From the NCBI GenBank assembly GCA_964397255.1, contig CAYNHQ010000004.1:186480-250479 (forward strand): a stretch of 64,000 bases of DNA. Direction: 5' to 3'. Positions 27,158 through 37,354 of this stretch are shown one piece after another. How positions within the stretch are numbered: the first letter of the stretch is position 1; each line of letters starts with the position of its first letter. Both the position numbers and the translations under genes were made by a program. The notes under the pieces were generated by a model. That model was not told the DNA's origin, did no database searches, and saw only the letters and a list, made by a program, of their open reading frames with translations. Source of the DNA: an uncultured bacterium (lineage in GTDB: Bacteria; Bdellovibrionota_G; JALEGL01; DATDPG01).

Positions 27158-27967
27158 TTAAAAGAGGAGGGCGGTTAGAAAATAATCGGATACCAAGACG
27201 GCAACCGATGAAATCACTACGGCGTGCGTGGTGGCTCGACCGACACCGGCGGCACCTCCACGGGCGTTGTATCCCTTGTAACAACTCACCAGAACGATAA
27301 TGATGGCAAAAAAACAGGACTTAAAAAGTCCCTGAACGACATCGGAGACATCAACGTAATACTGAATTTTCTGAACGAAAATCGCTTCGTCGATTTTCAA
27401 TAATTTAACGCCGACGACGTAGGCTCCCAGGGCACCGATAAAATCGAAAATAGTGGTGAGAAGCGGAAGAACCAGCAGGCTCGCCACCATCCTGGGAACA
27501 ATTAAGTAGTGGATCGGATTAACGGCCATCGATTCAAGAGCGTCGATTTGTTGCGTGACTTGCATGGTCCCGAGCTGTGCGGCCATCGCCGATCCCGCGC
27601 GCGCGGTGACCATGATTGCGGTGAGCACTGGCGACAATTCCCGGGCAATGGCAAGCGTGGCGACGGCACCGGTCAACGTTTCGGCACGAAAGAGAGCAAA
27701 GGCCCTTCCACTTTGGAGGGAAAAGACCATTCCCGTGAATGCGCCGGTGAGAAGGACGATAAAGAGCGAGCTAACGCCGATAAATTGCATTTGCACCACG
27801 ATCAATTTCCAGCGAATCGGCGGCGTGATCATTTGAACCACAGCCTGCCAGAGCAGGAGGAGCATTTTCCCTGTTTCGTCGATCGCCACCGTAAACGCGT
27901 GGATGATGGCGAGGACAATTCTTCCCAAATCTTGAACGGGTTTGTGAGGTAAGGGGGCGGGGCTCAC
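27158..27967 (-). CDS. mlaE: ABC transporter permease, MlaE-like
   Basis: Hydrophobic ~270-aa membrane protein reading as MlaE/Ttg2B-like. Sits upstream of mlaF with 4-nt coupling. Confidence 0.8.
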   Translation of the reverse strand: MSPAPLPHKPVQDLGRIVLAIIHAFTVAIDETGKMLLLLWQAVVQMITPPIRWKLIVVQMQFIGVSSLFIVLLTGAFTGMVFSLQSGRAFALFRAETLTGAVATLAIARELSPVLTAIMVTARAGSAMAAQLGTMQVTQQIDALESMAVNPIHYLIVPRMVASLLVLPLLTTIFDFIGALGAYVVGVKLLKIDEAIFVQKIQYYVDVSDVVQGLFKSCFFAIIIVLVSCYKGYNARGGAAGVGRATTHAVVISSVAVLVSDYFLTALLF

Positions 27968-29103
27968 TTTGCCCGTCCCATCAAATATTGACGGCTCACA
28001 CGCGTACTAATTCCGGTCAGTACCTCGTAGGGAATGGTCCGCTCCGCTTCCGCCAATTCACGGGCATCGGGAGCCCCCGTCAATGGCGTTCCCAGCAGAA
28101 TCGCTTCTTCTCCCGGTCGAACTCTTTCAAACGCACTTACGTTCATCATCATGAGATCCATGCATACGTTGCCGACAATTTCACATCGCTTTCCACGAAA
28201 TCCGATCCCGACCTTGGCATACCCCCTGCGAAATCCATCCCCGTATCCCGCCGCGAGCGTGGCAATCGTCATCCTTTTTCGCGCACGAAAACTTCGGTTG
28301 TAGCTGACGAAATCTCCCGAGGCAATTGACTTCACCTGCAAGATCGGCGCGCGCCATTCCAAAAAAGGCGCGAAGTCTTCGCCCTTTCGAACGAGATGCG
28401 CCGGTGGATATCCGTACAGAGCGATCCCCGGGCGAACCCAGTCGAATTGGGCGTTTGAATATCCCAAAATTCCTCCGCTGTTGGCTGCGTGGCGAATCAG
28501 CTTGCGATTCAGAGCCTTCTCAAACAGACCGACCGCCAATTGAAATCTTTTTAGCTGAAGTTGGGTCAGAGCCGGGTCGGGATCATCCGCCTCTAAAAGA
28601 TGAGTGAAAATTCCCTCGACTTGAACTCCCTGTGAGGATTGCAGCATGCCAGCTATTTTTTCCCAATCGCCCGGGTCGAGTCCCAGCCTGTGCATGCCGG
28701 TATCGACTTTCACATGAACACGAATTTTCCTCCGATGTTTTTTGGTGAAAGCTGTGAAGCGTGCCAGGCCTTCTTTGGAATGGATGGTCAAAATTAAATT
28801 GCTCTGAATGCTTTCTAAGAATGCCTGCTCGGAGGATGCTCCCAAACATAGAATATCTCCCTCATACCCCGCATCGCGAAGAGGGATGGCTTCGGCGACA
28901 TCCGCCACTCCTACGCCAGCGGCTCCCAGGCGTGCGGCTTCCTTTGCAATGGCCACACTTCCATGCCCGTACGCATTGGCTTTGACCACCGCGAGAATAC
29001 TCGTGCCGCGGCCCAGGCGTGCCAAAAGAGATTTCCAATTTCGTCGAAACCCTTGAAGGTCGATCACGGCCTTCGTCGGCCGAACGTAGGGAGATCGTTT
29101 CAT
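27964..29103 (-). CDS. alr: Alanine racemase
   Basis: PLP motif AVVKANAYGHG and C-terminal racemase domain. Confidence 0.85.
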   Translation of the reverse strand: MKRSPYVRPTKAVIDLQGFRRNWKSLLARLGRGTSILAVVKANAYGHGSVAIAKEAARLGAAGVGVADVAEAIPLRDAGYEGDILCLGASSEQAFLESIQSNLILTIHSKEGLARFTAFTKKHRRKIRVHVKVDTGMHRLGLDPGDWEKIAGMLQSSQGVQVEGIFTHLLEADDPDPALTQLQLKRFQLAVGLFEKALNRKLIRHAANSGGILGYSNAQFDWVRPGIALYGYPPAHLVRKGEDFAPFLEWRAPILQVKSIASGDFVSYNRSFRARKRMTIATLAAGYGDGFRRGYAKVGIGFRGKRCEIVGNVCMDLMMMNVSAFERVRPGEEAILLGTPLTGAPDARELAEAERTIPYEVLTGISTRVSRQYLMGRAK

Positions 29104-31082
29104 TTGAGCCCGAGTTCCATTTGAAGTTCAGCGATCGACTGATACCGCGCTTGGGGTTCTTTTTGAAGCGCGCGAAGAATCGCCCGCCGCATGTCCTCTG
29201 AAATTTGCGGCTCGCTTTCTTTTGGATCGGGAGGGGAAGTGTGGACATGATGGTAGCCAAGGTCGCCGCCTTTGAATGGAAGCGAGCCGGTGGTCAGCTC
29301 ATACATGCAGATTCCGACCGAATAGATATCGGTGCGATAGTCAATCGGTTTTCCCAGGGTCTGCTCCGGTGACATGTAGGAGGGAGTACCCCCGATGATC
29401 GACTGCTCACTGAGAAGTTCCTTGATAATTTTTGCCAGACCGAAATCCATGATTTTCACCCGTTTGTCCCGGGTCCACATGATGTTGTTGGTGGTTAAGT
29501 CTCGATGAACGATTTTGTTGGCATGGGCGTATGCCAGTGCCGAAAGAAGTTGCCTCAGAATTTCCCGAGTATCCACGTTGGAGAATTTTCCACGAGATCT
29601 CAGAATCTCCTTCAACGTTTTTCCCTGAATATATTCCATGGCGATGTAATAATCGTTCAGCTCCAGACCGGTATCGAAGACGGTGACGATATTGGGATGA
29701 TTCAAGCTGGCAGCGGCCTTTGCCTCTCGCAGAAAGGTTTCGACCGCTTGAAGATTTTTCTTGAATGCTCCGTGGAGAATTTTTAGAGCCACAATTCGGT
29801 CTAACTTCGTATCCTTCGCACGGTATACGATGCCCATACCCCCGCGGCCGATTTCCTCCATTCGAATGTAGCGTTTAGGTGTAGGCGCTGTGGCGATGCC
29901 CTCGGGAACAATTTCCAGCTCAGTACGCTCTTCATTTTGAAAACAGCGCTCCGCCTCTTCGAGATCTCCGGCGCGTTTAAATGCTTCGGCCGCCTCCGCC
30001 ATCCGGTTGGCCTTTTTATACAAAAAACCCGCGAGGGAATATTCCTTGGCCTCCTCATACATGTGGGCGGCCTGATCGAATTCTTCAAGATCGCGGTGAA
30101 TTTCAGCGGCGCGATGGAAATCTTCTCCCCTTTTAAATTGTTCAACGGCTTCACGATATTTTCCTTCCAAAAGGAAACGCTCGCCCTCTAAAAGGGCGGC
30201 CGCCTTTTGATCGCCCGTTAAAGCAATCGCTTGCGATGCTTTTTGAAGGTCGCCGGCTTTTTGAAAAAATTCAGCCGCTTTTTTGGGTTGTCCGGCGAGC
30301 AAATAGCATTCCGCCGCCTGACCGATATTTTTCAGCTCCTGAAAGACTTCCGCGGCGGACTCAAAGTCACCGGCCCATTTTAATAGACGCGCGGCGCGTT
30401 CTCCCGCCGCCTCGGTTTCCGGGCGGAAAGGTTCACCCTCAAGGCCATCCTGCATCTTTTTTGCAGCGAGGAAGGCTCGATCGGCTGCGTCGGCTGCTTC
30501 ATTTCGCTTCCCCAATTTTTCGAAGGTCTCGGCTGCATCACTGAAACGCGCAGCGGAAAAAAAAGCGCATGCCGCACGTTCCAGATTTCCGCTTTTAATA
30601 TAATAGTCACCCGTCAATTCCTTTTTCCCGGCCTTTTGAAGCGCTCCTTCGGCAAGGTCGAATTGTTTTCGTTCAAAATAAATTTCCGCCGCTTTCACAA
30701 ACTCGCCTCCACGCTCGTACAGTACCGCAGCTTTCTCCACATTTTTGCGCCGAAGCTGGATGTCGGCCGCACGACCGAATAAATTTCCCCTGATGAAAAC
30801 ATCCAGGGCTTGATCGATGTTTCCCAGTGCGATCAACCGATCTCCTGCTTGGGCGTATTCGCCCACTCGCAGAAGCGAACGAATTTCGCGATGCCCGTAC
30901 CAAATATTGAGAAGAGGAATCTTGGCACGAAAAGTAGCCCCTCTTGCACTCATAAAAAATCGATACAGGAAATATATGATGAGAATGAGGAAGCTCAGTT
31001 TTACAGAAGCATTCAGCCAAAAATGAGCCTGAATGACTTCCAGGGCCTGAGAAATAAAGCTGAGGGATTGCGATGGGTTCAC
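29100..31082 (-). CDS. Membrane-anchored TPR-like repeat protein with C-terminal Ser/Thr protein kinase domain (atypical catalytic loop)
   Basis: N-terminal TM (LSFLILIIYFLYRFFM). ~19-aa helical repeats (xxAAExFxKAGD...). Kinase motifs present: GRGGMGIVYRAKD, VALK, HRDLTTNN (canonical is HRDLKPxN), DFG, SPE. ATGA-coupled to alr. Confidence 0.75.
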   Translation of the reverse strand: MNPSQSLSFISQALEVIQAHFWLNASVKLSFLILIIYFLYRFFMSARGATFRAKIPLLNIWYGHREIRSLLRVGEYAQAGDRLIALGNIDQALDVFIRGNLFGRAADIQLRRKNVEKAAVLYERGGEFVKAAEIYFERKQFDLAEGALQKAGKKELTGDYYIKSGNLERAACAFFSAARFSDAAETFEKLGKRNEAADAADRAFLAAKKMQDGLEGEPFRPETEAAGERAARLLKWAGDFESAAEVFQELKNIGQAAECYLLAGQPKKAAEFFQKAGDLQKASQAIALTGDQKAAALLEGERFLLEGKYREAVEQFKRGEDFHRAAEIHRDLEEFDQAAHMYEEAKEYSLAGFLYKKANRMAEAAEAFKRAGDLEEAERCFQNEERTELEIVPEGIATAPTPKRYIRMEEIGRGGMGIVYRAKDTKLDRIVALKILHGAFKKNLQAVETFLREAKAAASLNHPNIVTVFDTGLELNDYYIAMEYIQGKTLKEILRSRGKFSNVDTREILRQLLSALAYAHANKIVHRDLTTNNIMWTRDKRVKIMDFGLAKIIKELLSEQSIIGGTPSYMSPEQTLGKPIDYRTDIYSVGICMYELTTGSLPFKGGDLGYHHVHTSPPDPKESEPQISEDMRRAILRALQKEPQARYQSIAELQMELGLK

Positions 31083-31169
31083 GTGATTTCGGGCCTAGTT
31101 ATACAGGGAGCCTTGACAAGCTACCAATCGAACCGTACCTAAAGCCAAATTCAACTTGGGGAGGTTTTC

Positions 31170-31598
31170 ATGGCGGGCATCAATAAAGTGATTTTAATCG
31201 GACATCTCGGGGCGGATCCTGAAATTCGATATACGCAAGGGGGTGCGCCGGTGGCTAACCTTCGACTCGCGACAAGCGAATCCTGGAAAAATAAAAACGG
31301 CCAGAAGGAAGAACGTACCGAATGGCATCGCGTCGTGGCCTGGTCGAAACTCGCCGAACTCGCCGGACAATATCTCCAAAAGGGGCGGCAGATTTATGTG
31401 GAAGGCAGACTTCAAACCCGAAGCTGGGACGACAAAGATGGAAATAAACGCTACTCCACCGAAATCGTCGCGACGAACATTCAATTTCTTGGTGGCCGGC
31501 CAGAAGGAAAAGAAGCTCCGAAGGATTTTCCCGCCGATCTTCCCCCGCCCCCTGACGATTTAGGCACCACGGCAGGCGAAGAGGATATTCCTTTCTAA
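31170..31598 (+). CDS. ssb: Single-stranded DNA-binding protein
   Basis: OB-fold N-terminus [22 protein letters not shown]... and acidic C-terminal tail ...EEDIPF. Confidence 0.9.
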   Translation: MAGINKVILIGHLGADPEIRYTQGGAPVANLRLATSESWKNKNGQKEERTEWHRVVAWSKLAELAGQYLQKGRQIYVEGRLQTRSWDDKDGNKRYSTEIVATNIQFLGGRPEGKEAPKDFPADLPPPPDDLGTTAGEEDIPF

Positions 31599-31715
31599 CC
31601 GAGTGCGGGTAGAGTAGCGCGGGTGGCACCGATGGGGGGTTCCCAACCGAGTCTTTTCGCGAGATGGGTCCCAGGCCCCAGAGGTGACAGGACCCGCGCA
31701 ATAAACCGCGCTAAA

Positions 31716-32123
31716 TTATTCCTGTTGGGGGACGTCACGGGCTTCGTGAAGGAACCAGTTTTGTTCCTTGGGATCATATTTCCAAATTTGAAGCTCTTGG
31801 CGATATTTTAGATCTTGATCCGCGACATTATAGAAACTGAATTCCACGAGCACCGATGCGTTTTTCTTTTCCGCGTCCACACCCAAATCTACAATCGAAT
31901 AGTCCACTACACGCGTGGTGCTTAGTTGCTTGGCCAATCGCTGCGCCATACTTCGGCGAACATCGTCTGCTATGACCGCACTAGCCGCCGTCACACTCGA
32001 CCATCGGACCGATCGATTGTAGGCCTCGGCCCGATCGGTCAAAAGCTCCACTCGCTCTTTTCCACAGCCAAGGAGTCCCAACAGAAGAACGATCGATAAT
32101 TCTCGAAGATGCACGACCCTCAT
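31716..32123 (-). CDS. Hypothetical lipoprotein
   Basis: Lipobox LLGC after a signal peptide. Confidence 0.4.
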   Translation of the reverse strand: MRVVHLRELSIVLLLGLLGCGKERVELLTDRAEAYNRSVRWSSVTAASAVIADDVRRSMAQRLAKQLSTTRVVDYSIVDLGVDAEKKNASVLVEFSFYNVADQDLKYRQELQIWKYDPKEQNWFLHEARDVPQQE

Positions 32124-32149
32124 TATCGCGGAGTCGGCGGAGTTGGCTA

Positions 32150-32692
32150 CTATTTGGGGCGATTAAAAATATTTGCCAGGGAATTGGTATTTTGTGTGCT
32201 GAGTCCCTGGCAGGCTGCGCAAAATTGCGGGATCACGCGACCCGTGGATAGGGAGCTAAAACGAGGATTTTTCATTTGCATGGACATTCGCATAATGGCA
32301 CTGAGGTGAAGATATTTATCAAGGTACTTAAAAATGATGGCGCCAAAAGCATTCGACGAAAGATCCTTCCAAAAATCGAGGGAAAAAATACTCGAAAGAC
32401 TCATTGGTGTGGGTTGCGCTTTTTGTCCGCCCAAACCCATATTCTGCATCATTTGAGCATACAAGATGGCGCTGTAGGGATCGGCTGCCCCATTGCGTTG
32501 CAGAGCCAATAAAGTGGGGTCCATTTGAGGATAAATCCGGCTTGCCGCTCCAAAATCGGTTCCCCACTGATTTCCGGTTGCGCGCACATCGGACGGGGGC
32601 ATTGTAGTTGTCTGAGGAATGCCGGCCTGGGCGGGCGAACCCAAAAGAATGAGAAGTGCCAACGTCCGGAATATGAGCAGAGCTCTGCGCAT
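32150..32692 (-). CDS. Hypothetical secreted protein
   Basis: Start at the internal Met with signal peptide MRRALLIFRTLALLILLGSPAQA. The upstream extension in the track is implausible. Confidence 0.35.
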   Translation of the reverse strand: MRRALLIFRTLALLILLGSPAQAGIPQTTTMPPSDVRATGNQWGTDFGAASRIYPQMDPTLLALQRNGAADPYSAILYAQMMQNMGLGGQKAQPTPMSLSSIFSLDFWKDLSSNAFGAIIFKYLDKYLHLSAIMRMSMQMKNPRFSSLSTGRVIPQFCAACQGLSTQNTNSLANIFNRPK

Positions 32693-32772
32693 CGATCCTA
32701 TTCTACCGCAAGCCACATGCCAGCGAAGATCCAGGGACCTTAATATAACCCATTGAAACCATGTACATTTTT

Positions 32773-34020
32773 TCAAGTTGCGGGGGCGGGCGATGCTGAA
32801 GTTTGGCACTGTCGCAGCACTTCCCTGGCCTCGCTCAATTTCGGATTAAGCTCCAAAGCATGCTCAGCTGCCCGCCTTGCCTCACCTGTTTTCCCCAGAG
32901 CCAAAAGGGCCTGAGCCAGCGCAAGGTGTACATCGGCATAGCCTGGCTTCTTATCCGCTACACGCCCGAAATGGCGTGCCGCCTCGGCGAACTCCCCCAT
33001 CGCGAAAAGTAAGCGAGCATAATCCAGTCTCGCTTCGATGTAGCCCGTATGAATTCTCAGAGCCGCTTCCCAGCTCTTTCGAGCGGATTCCAGATCGCCC
33101 TCCGCCTGATGCAATAGGGCCAATTGATGGTGAAGGTCCGGGTAGTTGGGATGGCTCGACACCAATTCAAGCAAACGGGTTCGGGCTTGGCTCACATCGC
33201 CTCCTCTCGCAACTGCTGTGATAAGTTGTAGCTCGCTCGAAATCGTTTTCGGCGAAGGAAGCGCCTCTGAGGATTCCCGTCGCTTGAGCGAGCCGAGCAA
33301 TAAAATTCCGATGGCAATAATGGGAAGAAAAACAGCCAACGAAAAAATGCCGACATACATCCACTTCTTGTCCAGATGCCACGCAGGGGGAGGGGGGAGA
33401 GGTTTTTCGACCTTTGTTTCGGCCGGGGATTCTTCCAGAAGCGCCTTTACCGCCGCTTCAGGGGACGATTTAAGCTCTTCTCCAGTTCCACTAGAAAAAG
33501 ATGCGAGCTGATATTGGGCGCCCCGCTCCACGATTCGAATTCGTCCGGCCGTTTCATCCAGCCACATCTCTCCGAGGGGGTCGGGTGATCCGAGGGGGGC
33601 ATAAACGATTTTCCAGGCATGGGGATAGGCCTCGCCGAACACCGTAACGGGTTCAATTCCTGAATTCGAGAAAAGGAAGTCCCCGCTCTTCCAAGTTTGA
33701 CCCGCTTCGGCCGGTGTTTTGAAAAACATCAGAGGTTGATTACAACCCATCGCATTGGAGGGAAGTTGGCTCGCCTGACACTCGTACCAATCGCCATTGG
33801 AAGTGAAAACGAGGCGATTGTTTCCGTCGTCCCTACGAACGACGGCGACATTCACGCTTCCTTGACTGGTTGAAATGGTCGAGAAACTTTCCACATAATG
33901 ATGTCGTTGGGGCGAACCATCGACTTGATAGGTCCATCGTGTTCCGACTTTTAGAGAGAGCGGAGCGGCCGGAAAGCTCATAAAAAGAATGGATCCAATG
34001 AAGAAAGCTCGAGTGGTCAT
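32773..34020 (-). CDS. Signal peptide / periplasmic domain / TM / cytoplasmic TPR protein
   Basis: MTTRAFFIGSILFMSFPAAP is signal-like. Internal TM segment WMYVGIFSLAVFLPIIAIGILLLG. C-terminal TPR repeats. Start moved to Met6 for a 4-nt overlap with moaC. Confidence 0.45.
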   Translation of the reverse strand: MTTRAFFIGSILFMSFPAAPLSLKVGTRWTYQVDGSPQRHHYVESFSTISTSQGSVNVAVVRRDDGNNRLVFTSNGDWYECQASQLPSNAMGCNQPLMFFKTPAEAGQTWKSGDFLFSNSGIEPVTVFGEAYPHAWKIVYAPLGSPDPLGEMWLDETAGRIRIVERGAQYQLASFSSGTGEELKSSPEAAVKALLEESPAETKVEKPLPPPPAWHLDKKWMYVGIFSLAVFLPIIAIGILLLGSLKRRESSEALPSPKTISSELQLITAVARGGDVSQARTRLLELVSSHPNYPDLHHQLALLHQAEGDLESARKSWEAALRIHTGYIEARLDYARLLFAMGEFAEAARHFGRVADKKPGYADVHLALAQALLALGKTGEARRAAEHALELNPKLSEAREVLRQCQTSASPAPAT

Positions 34021-34454
34021 TTGATTCGCTTCCAAGACCCGCTTCTTCCGCCACTTTTCTCAAGAAGCTCAATGCGATGAATCGACATTCCTCGGTCGAG
34101 AGATTTGCACATATCGTATATGGTGAGGGCCGCCGCCGCGGCGGCGGTGAGCGCCTCCATCTCCACGCCGGTTTTCCACGTGACTTCGGCCGACGTACGA
34201 ATTTCAATTTCAGAAGGAACCTCCCGAATTTGAAATTCCACATCAAGGCATTCCAGCGGAAGGGGATGGCAGAGAGGGAGAATCCGGGACGTTTCTTTCG
34301 CCGCTTGAATCGCTGCCACCTTCGCCACAGCCAACACATCGCCTTTGGGGACGGTTCCATTCTGAATCGCGGCCAATGTCTTCTTCGATAGAGAAACGAT
34401 GGCATGCGCAGAGGCCCGTCGAAGAGTCGCCTCTTTCGGACCGACATTGATCAT
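34017..34454 (-). CDS. moaC: Cyclic pyranopterin monophosphate synthase accessory protein
   Basis: MINVGPKEATLRRASAHAIV... reads as the MoaC fold. Start at the internal ATG; the 215-aa track ORF has a spurious extension. Confidence 0.8.
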   Translation of the reverse strand: MINVGPKEATLRRASAHAIVSLSKKTLAAIQNGTVPKGDVLAVAKVAAIQAAKETSRILPLCHPLPLECLDVEFQIREVPSEIEIRTSAEVTWKTGVEMEALTAAAAAALTIYDMCKSLDRGMSIHRIELLEKSGGRSGSWKRIK

Positions 34455-34518
34455 CCGAACTTCTCCCGCGCGCTTCACGCCCAAGAGGTTACCTGACTTC
34501 TTTCGAATGAGAAGAGGG

Positions 34519-35628
34519 CTATCCTCGGGGCGGAGTGGAGGTCGCTGTCGAGGTCGTTTGAGTTTTATCGTCGTTGAAATCGAAAAACGTGTAACTGGTT
34601 CCTCTCGGACATTTTCCGCTCTGATTATCCAGGCCAAGCGCAATGCACACGGCGCTGGATTCATCCAGCGGCTTCACATTGGCAACCTCATAGTTTGAAT
34701 AATCGAGCAGTTTGAAATTTGGATTGCGGAACGCGATTGTGAATTTGCGTATCTCGTTCGGTTGATTGCTCGGGCGATAGGGCGCCGTGACCACATACGT
34801 GTCATAGGGCTCGGAGATGTTATTTTTGTAGGGTCCGTCTTCTTCCACCGCGAGTCTGGATGCCAACCGAACGATTGAATGAATGGCCACACCGCTTGGG
34901 CAGTCTCGATCATCGTTATTTCTTGACCCTCCGCCCACCTCACCCGTGACATCGCAGACGATTGTATTTTCCTGTACGTCTCTGGGAGAAACTGCGGAAT
35001 CAAATTTGAGGACGACCAAATCCTGACTCGACAAAGGTTCTCCCGATTTTCTGGGTAGGTACATATGAGCCACAGGCTTTTCAGCGAATTCGAATGCCGA
35101 ATCCGGATCGACTTGATAAAAGCTGTCCTGCGCGGGAGCTATTTTGAGTTTTTCTCGTTTCTTATTGTCGCTTCTTTCGAATTCGAGCGGCAACCGACTC
35201 AGCGTGATCGAAGATCCCCGTTCAAGCGGAGAGGCGCCGCCCTTCTTGGGAATCGGAAGGATGTATGCGCGTGTAATGCATCCACCTCCCTCATTCACCG
35301 AGGGCAGAGTAATTTTTCGCTGAACAAAGATGTCAATCGCCTCGCCCGAAGATTGCACACCGGGCGTGGGTGTGACCGTAGGCGTGGCGGAAGGTTCCCC
35401 ATTCGCGGAGCCAGATCCTGAATCATTGCCCATGGCAAACGCAGGATCCTTTTTAAGTGTGTACCCGTGTTGAATTTTTGACTCTGAAATGCACATTGCG
35501 CTCGAGATTTCATCCGTGAGCACCACATTGGTCGGAACTCGGTTAGATTTGCAGGAGGATATAACCGCAAAGAGCAGAAATAGTGCGCTCACCTGGCGGA
35601 ATTTGGAGTCGCTGAACCACATAGTCAT
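34519..35628 (-). CDS. Hypothetical lipoprotein
   Basis: Lipobox VISSC after a signal peptide. Gly/Ser/Pro/Thr-rich linker. No domain recognised. Confidence 0.45.
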   Translation of the reverse strand: MTMWFSDSKFRQVSALFLLFAVISSCKSNRVPTNVVLTDEISSAMCISESKIQHGYTLKKDPAFAMGNDSGSGSANGEPSATPTVTPTPGVQSSGEAIDIFVQRKITLPSVNEGGGCITRAYILPIPKKGGASPLERGSSITLSRLPLEFERSDNKKREKLKIAPAQDSFYQVDPDSAFEFAEKPVAHMYLPRKSGEPLSSQDLVVLKFDSAVSPRDVQENTIVCDVTGEVGGGSRNNDDRDCPSGVAIHSIVRLASRLAVEEDGPYKNNISEPYDTYVVTAPYRPSNQPNEIRKFTIAFRNPNFKLLDYSNYEVANVKPLDESSAVCIALGLDNQSGKCPRGTSYTFFDFNDDKTQTTSTATSTPPRG

Positions 35629-35731
35629 CTATGTATTGGCAAGGAATATGCCTTAGAGATAGCTTTGATTTCAACATGTTATAAGCGAAATGGGCTCGTA
35701 AAAGTGGGGTGTGAATTCCCACTGAGCTGAA

Positions 35732-35974
35732 TTATTCCACTATCTCAAGAACATAGCGGCGGTTTTGCTTGCCACCAACGGCATCAAGAATGGTCCGTAC
35801 TGCGTTCGCGTTTGCCCCCCGCTTCCCGATCACTTTGCCGACATCGTCCTTCGAAACCCTTAATTTAAGTACGCAAGTATACGAACCGAGCGATTCTTCG
35901 ACCACCACATCTTCCGGACGATCCACCAATGCCTTCGCGATCTGCTCAATTAGTTCCTTCATGGCCCGCTCCAA
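35732..35974 (-). CDS. KH-domain RNA-binding protein (UPF0109/YlqC family)
   Basis: 80 aa with GKVIGKRGANANAVRTIL KH motif (GxxG loop). Confidence 0.7.
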   Translation of the reverse strand: MERAMKELIEQIAKALVDRPEDVVVEESLGSYTCVLKLRVSKDDVGKVIGKRGANANAVRTILDAVGGKQNRRYVLEIVE

Positions 35975-36094
35975 TGCTGCTGGGTTCTTCTTTTTTTACG
36001 TACCATCCGCGCAAATTCAGAAGGAATCAAGGGAAGAATGAAGGAAGTGGGCCTGCGGAGAAGAGTTGGTTTTTGGTGTTTCGGCGAGAGCGAA

Positions 36095-37354
36095 TTAGTC
36101 AGTTTTTTCGGCTATAACGGCCGTTGCGGCGCAGCCGCTAAGGACATTTACGCAAGTGAGAATCGGATCTGTAAAAGGATCGATCGCAAGAAACAAAATG
36201 TGAGCAATTTCCATCGGGAGCCGAAGTGGATCGAGTACGATCGACAAAACGGAGAGCGCTGCCGCAGCCGGTACTCCGGTAACAGACATTCCGCTCAAAA
36301 TAGAACCAAAGAGAACGATTAAATAGCCTTGTAAATTTAGATGAAGGCCATAGAGCTGTGTCATGAACATGCTTCCGAGTGAAAAATAAAGCACACTTCC
36401 CTGCGGATTCAAACTCACGCCGATTGGAACGACCAGTTTTGAGAGATTCGGCTGAATCTTCAGTTTGTCCTCCAGCGCTACGATCGAAACGGGAACTGTG
36501 GCAAAGCTCGAAGAGGTTCCCAATGCCACCACAATCGGTTCTTTAAGCGCAGAGAGAGTTGCGCGTATTGATTTTCGCGTGGCTCGAGAAATAATTAAAA
36601 TGTAGGAGATCAAGAGAATGCTCGAGCCGATATAAACACAAAGAAGAAGTCTTCCCATTGCGAAGAAAATCCCAAGTCCTGTTCGGGAGACCTGCATGGT
36701 GAACATGCAAAAAAGGCCGAAGGGCAGTCCATACATGACCCAGCCGATCATTTTTAATAACGCATCGAACAGTGACTCAATCACTCTCAGTGTGGTTTCA
36801 CTGGAAGTGGTTCGGAGGAGCCCTAAAGCCATGCCGAGCAAGATGCAAAAGAAGATAACCGGCAAATTTTTCCCCTGCGTGGCAGCCTCGAAAGGATTTA
36901 TGGGGATCATCATTCGCACGAACCCGAGCATGCTTGGAGGTTCACTGGAGGCGATCGAAGAATTTCTAGATTCCTGCTCGGCAAGAATATTTCCAACTGC
37001 ATTTTGGGAGGAATCCTTGAGTGCTCCGCCTGGATTTCCAACCATGCCTGTAATCATCCCTAGAAGCGTGGCTAAGAAAATGCCGAGCGCGAATACGATG
37101 ATCAGCTTTCTCAAATAGGTCATCGCTTCCCCAGAAGAGAAAAGGCGACCCAATCCAGACACGATTGCGGTTATCAAGATGGGCAATACACACATTTGGA
37201 GAAGCGCAAGGTAAAGTGCCGCGAATGTCGCCACTTTCGGGCCCAATGAAGGACGTAAATGCCCGACTAAAATTCCAGCCACAGAACTCAAAACGATCGT
37301 TTTCGGACTTACGAGAACTCTGAGTCTATGATTTTTACTTGCGGCGCCACTCAT
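36095..37354 (-). CDS. Dicarboxylate/amino acid:cation symporter (DAACS family, GltP/DctA-like)
   Basis: Polytopic membrane protein with conserved segments reading as DAACS-like. Confidence 0.75.
   Translation of the reverse strand: MSGAASKNHRLRVLVSPKTIVLSSVAGILVGHLRPSLGPKVATFAALYLALLQMCVLPILITAIVSGLGRLFSSGEAMTYLRKLIIVFALGIFLATLLGMITGMVGNPGGALKDSSQNAVGNILAEQESRNSSIASSEPPSMLGFVRMMIPINPFEAATQGKNLPVIFFCILLGMALGLLRTTSSETTLRVIESLFDALLKMIGWVMYGLPFGLFCMFTMQVSRTGLGIFFAMGRLLLCVYIGSSILLISYILIISRATRKSIRATLSALKEPIVVALGTSSSFATVPVSIVALEDKLKIQPNLSKLVVPIGVSLNPQGSVLYFSLGSMFMTQLYGLHLNLQGYLIVLFGSILSGMSVTGVPAAAALSVLSIVLDPLRLPMEIAHILFLAIDPFTDPILTCVNVLSGCAATAVIAEKTD

Noticed and set aside
31599-31715. Possible small RNA or terminator downstream of ssb (hairpin gggtcc-N18-ggaccc at 31666-31695)
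   Set aside because: The stem is only 6 bp with a large loop and no T-tract. No recognisable ncRNA consensus (tmRNA, 6S, SRP) was seen. Insufficient evidence.
32693-32809. N-terminal extension of the 219-aa ORF (MPNFSIARPRNLKK...)
   Set aside because: It overlaps the neighbouring TPR gene's 3' end. An internal Met gives a canonical signal peptide, so the shorter form was reported.
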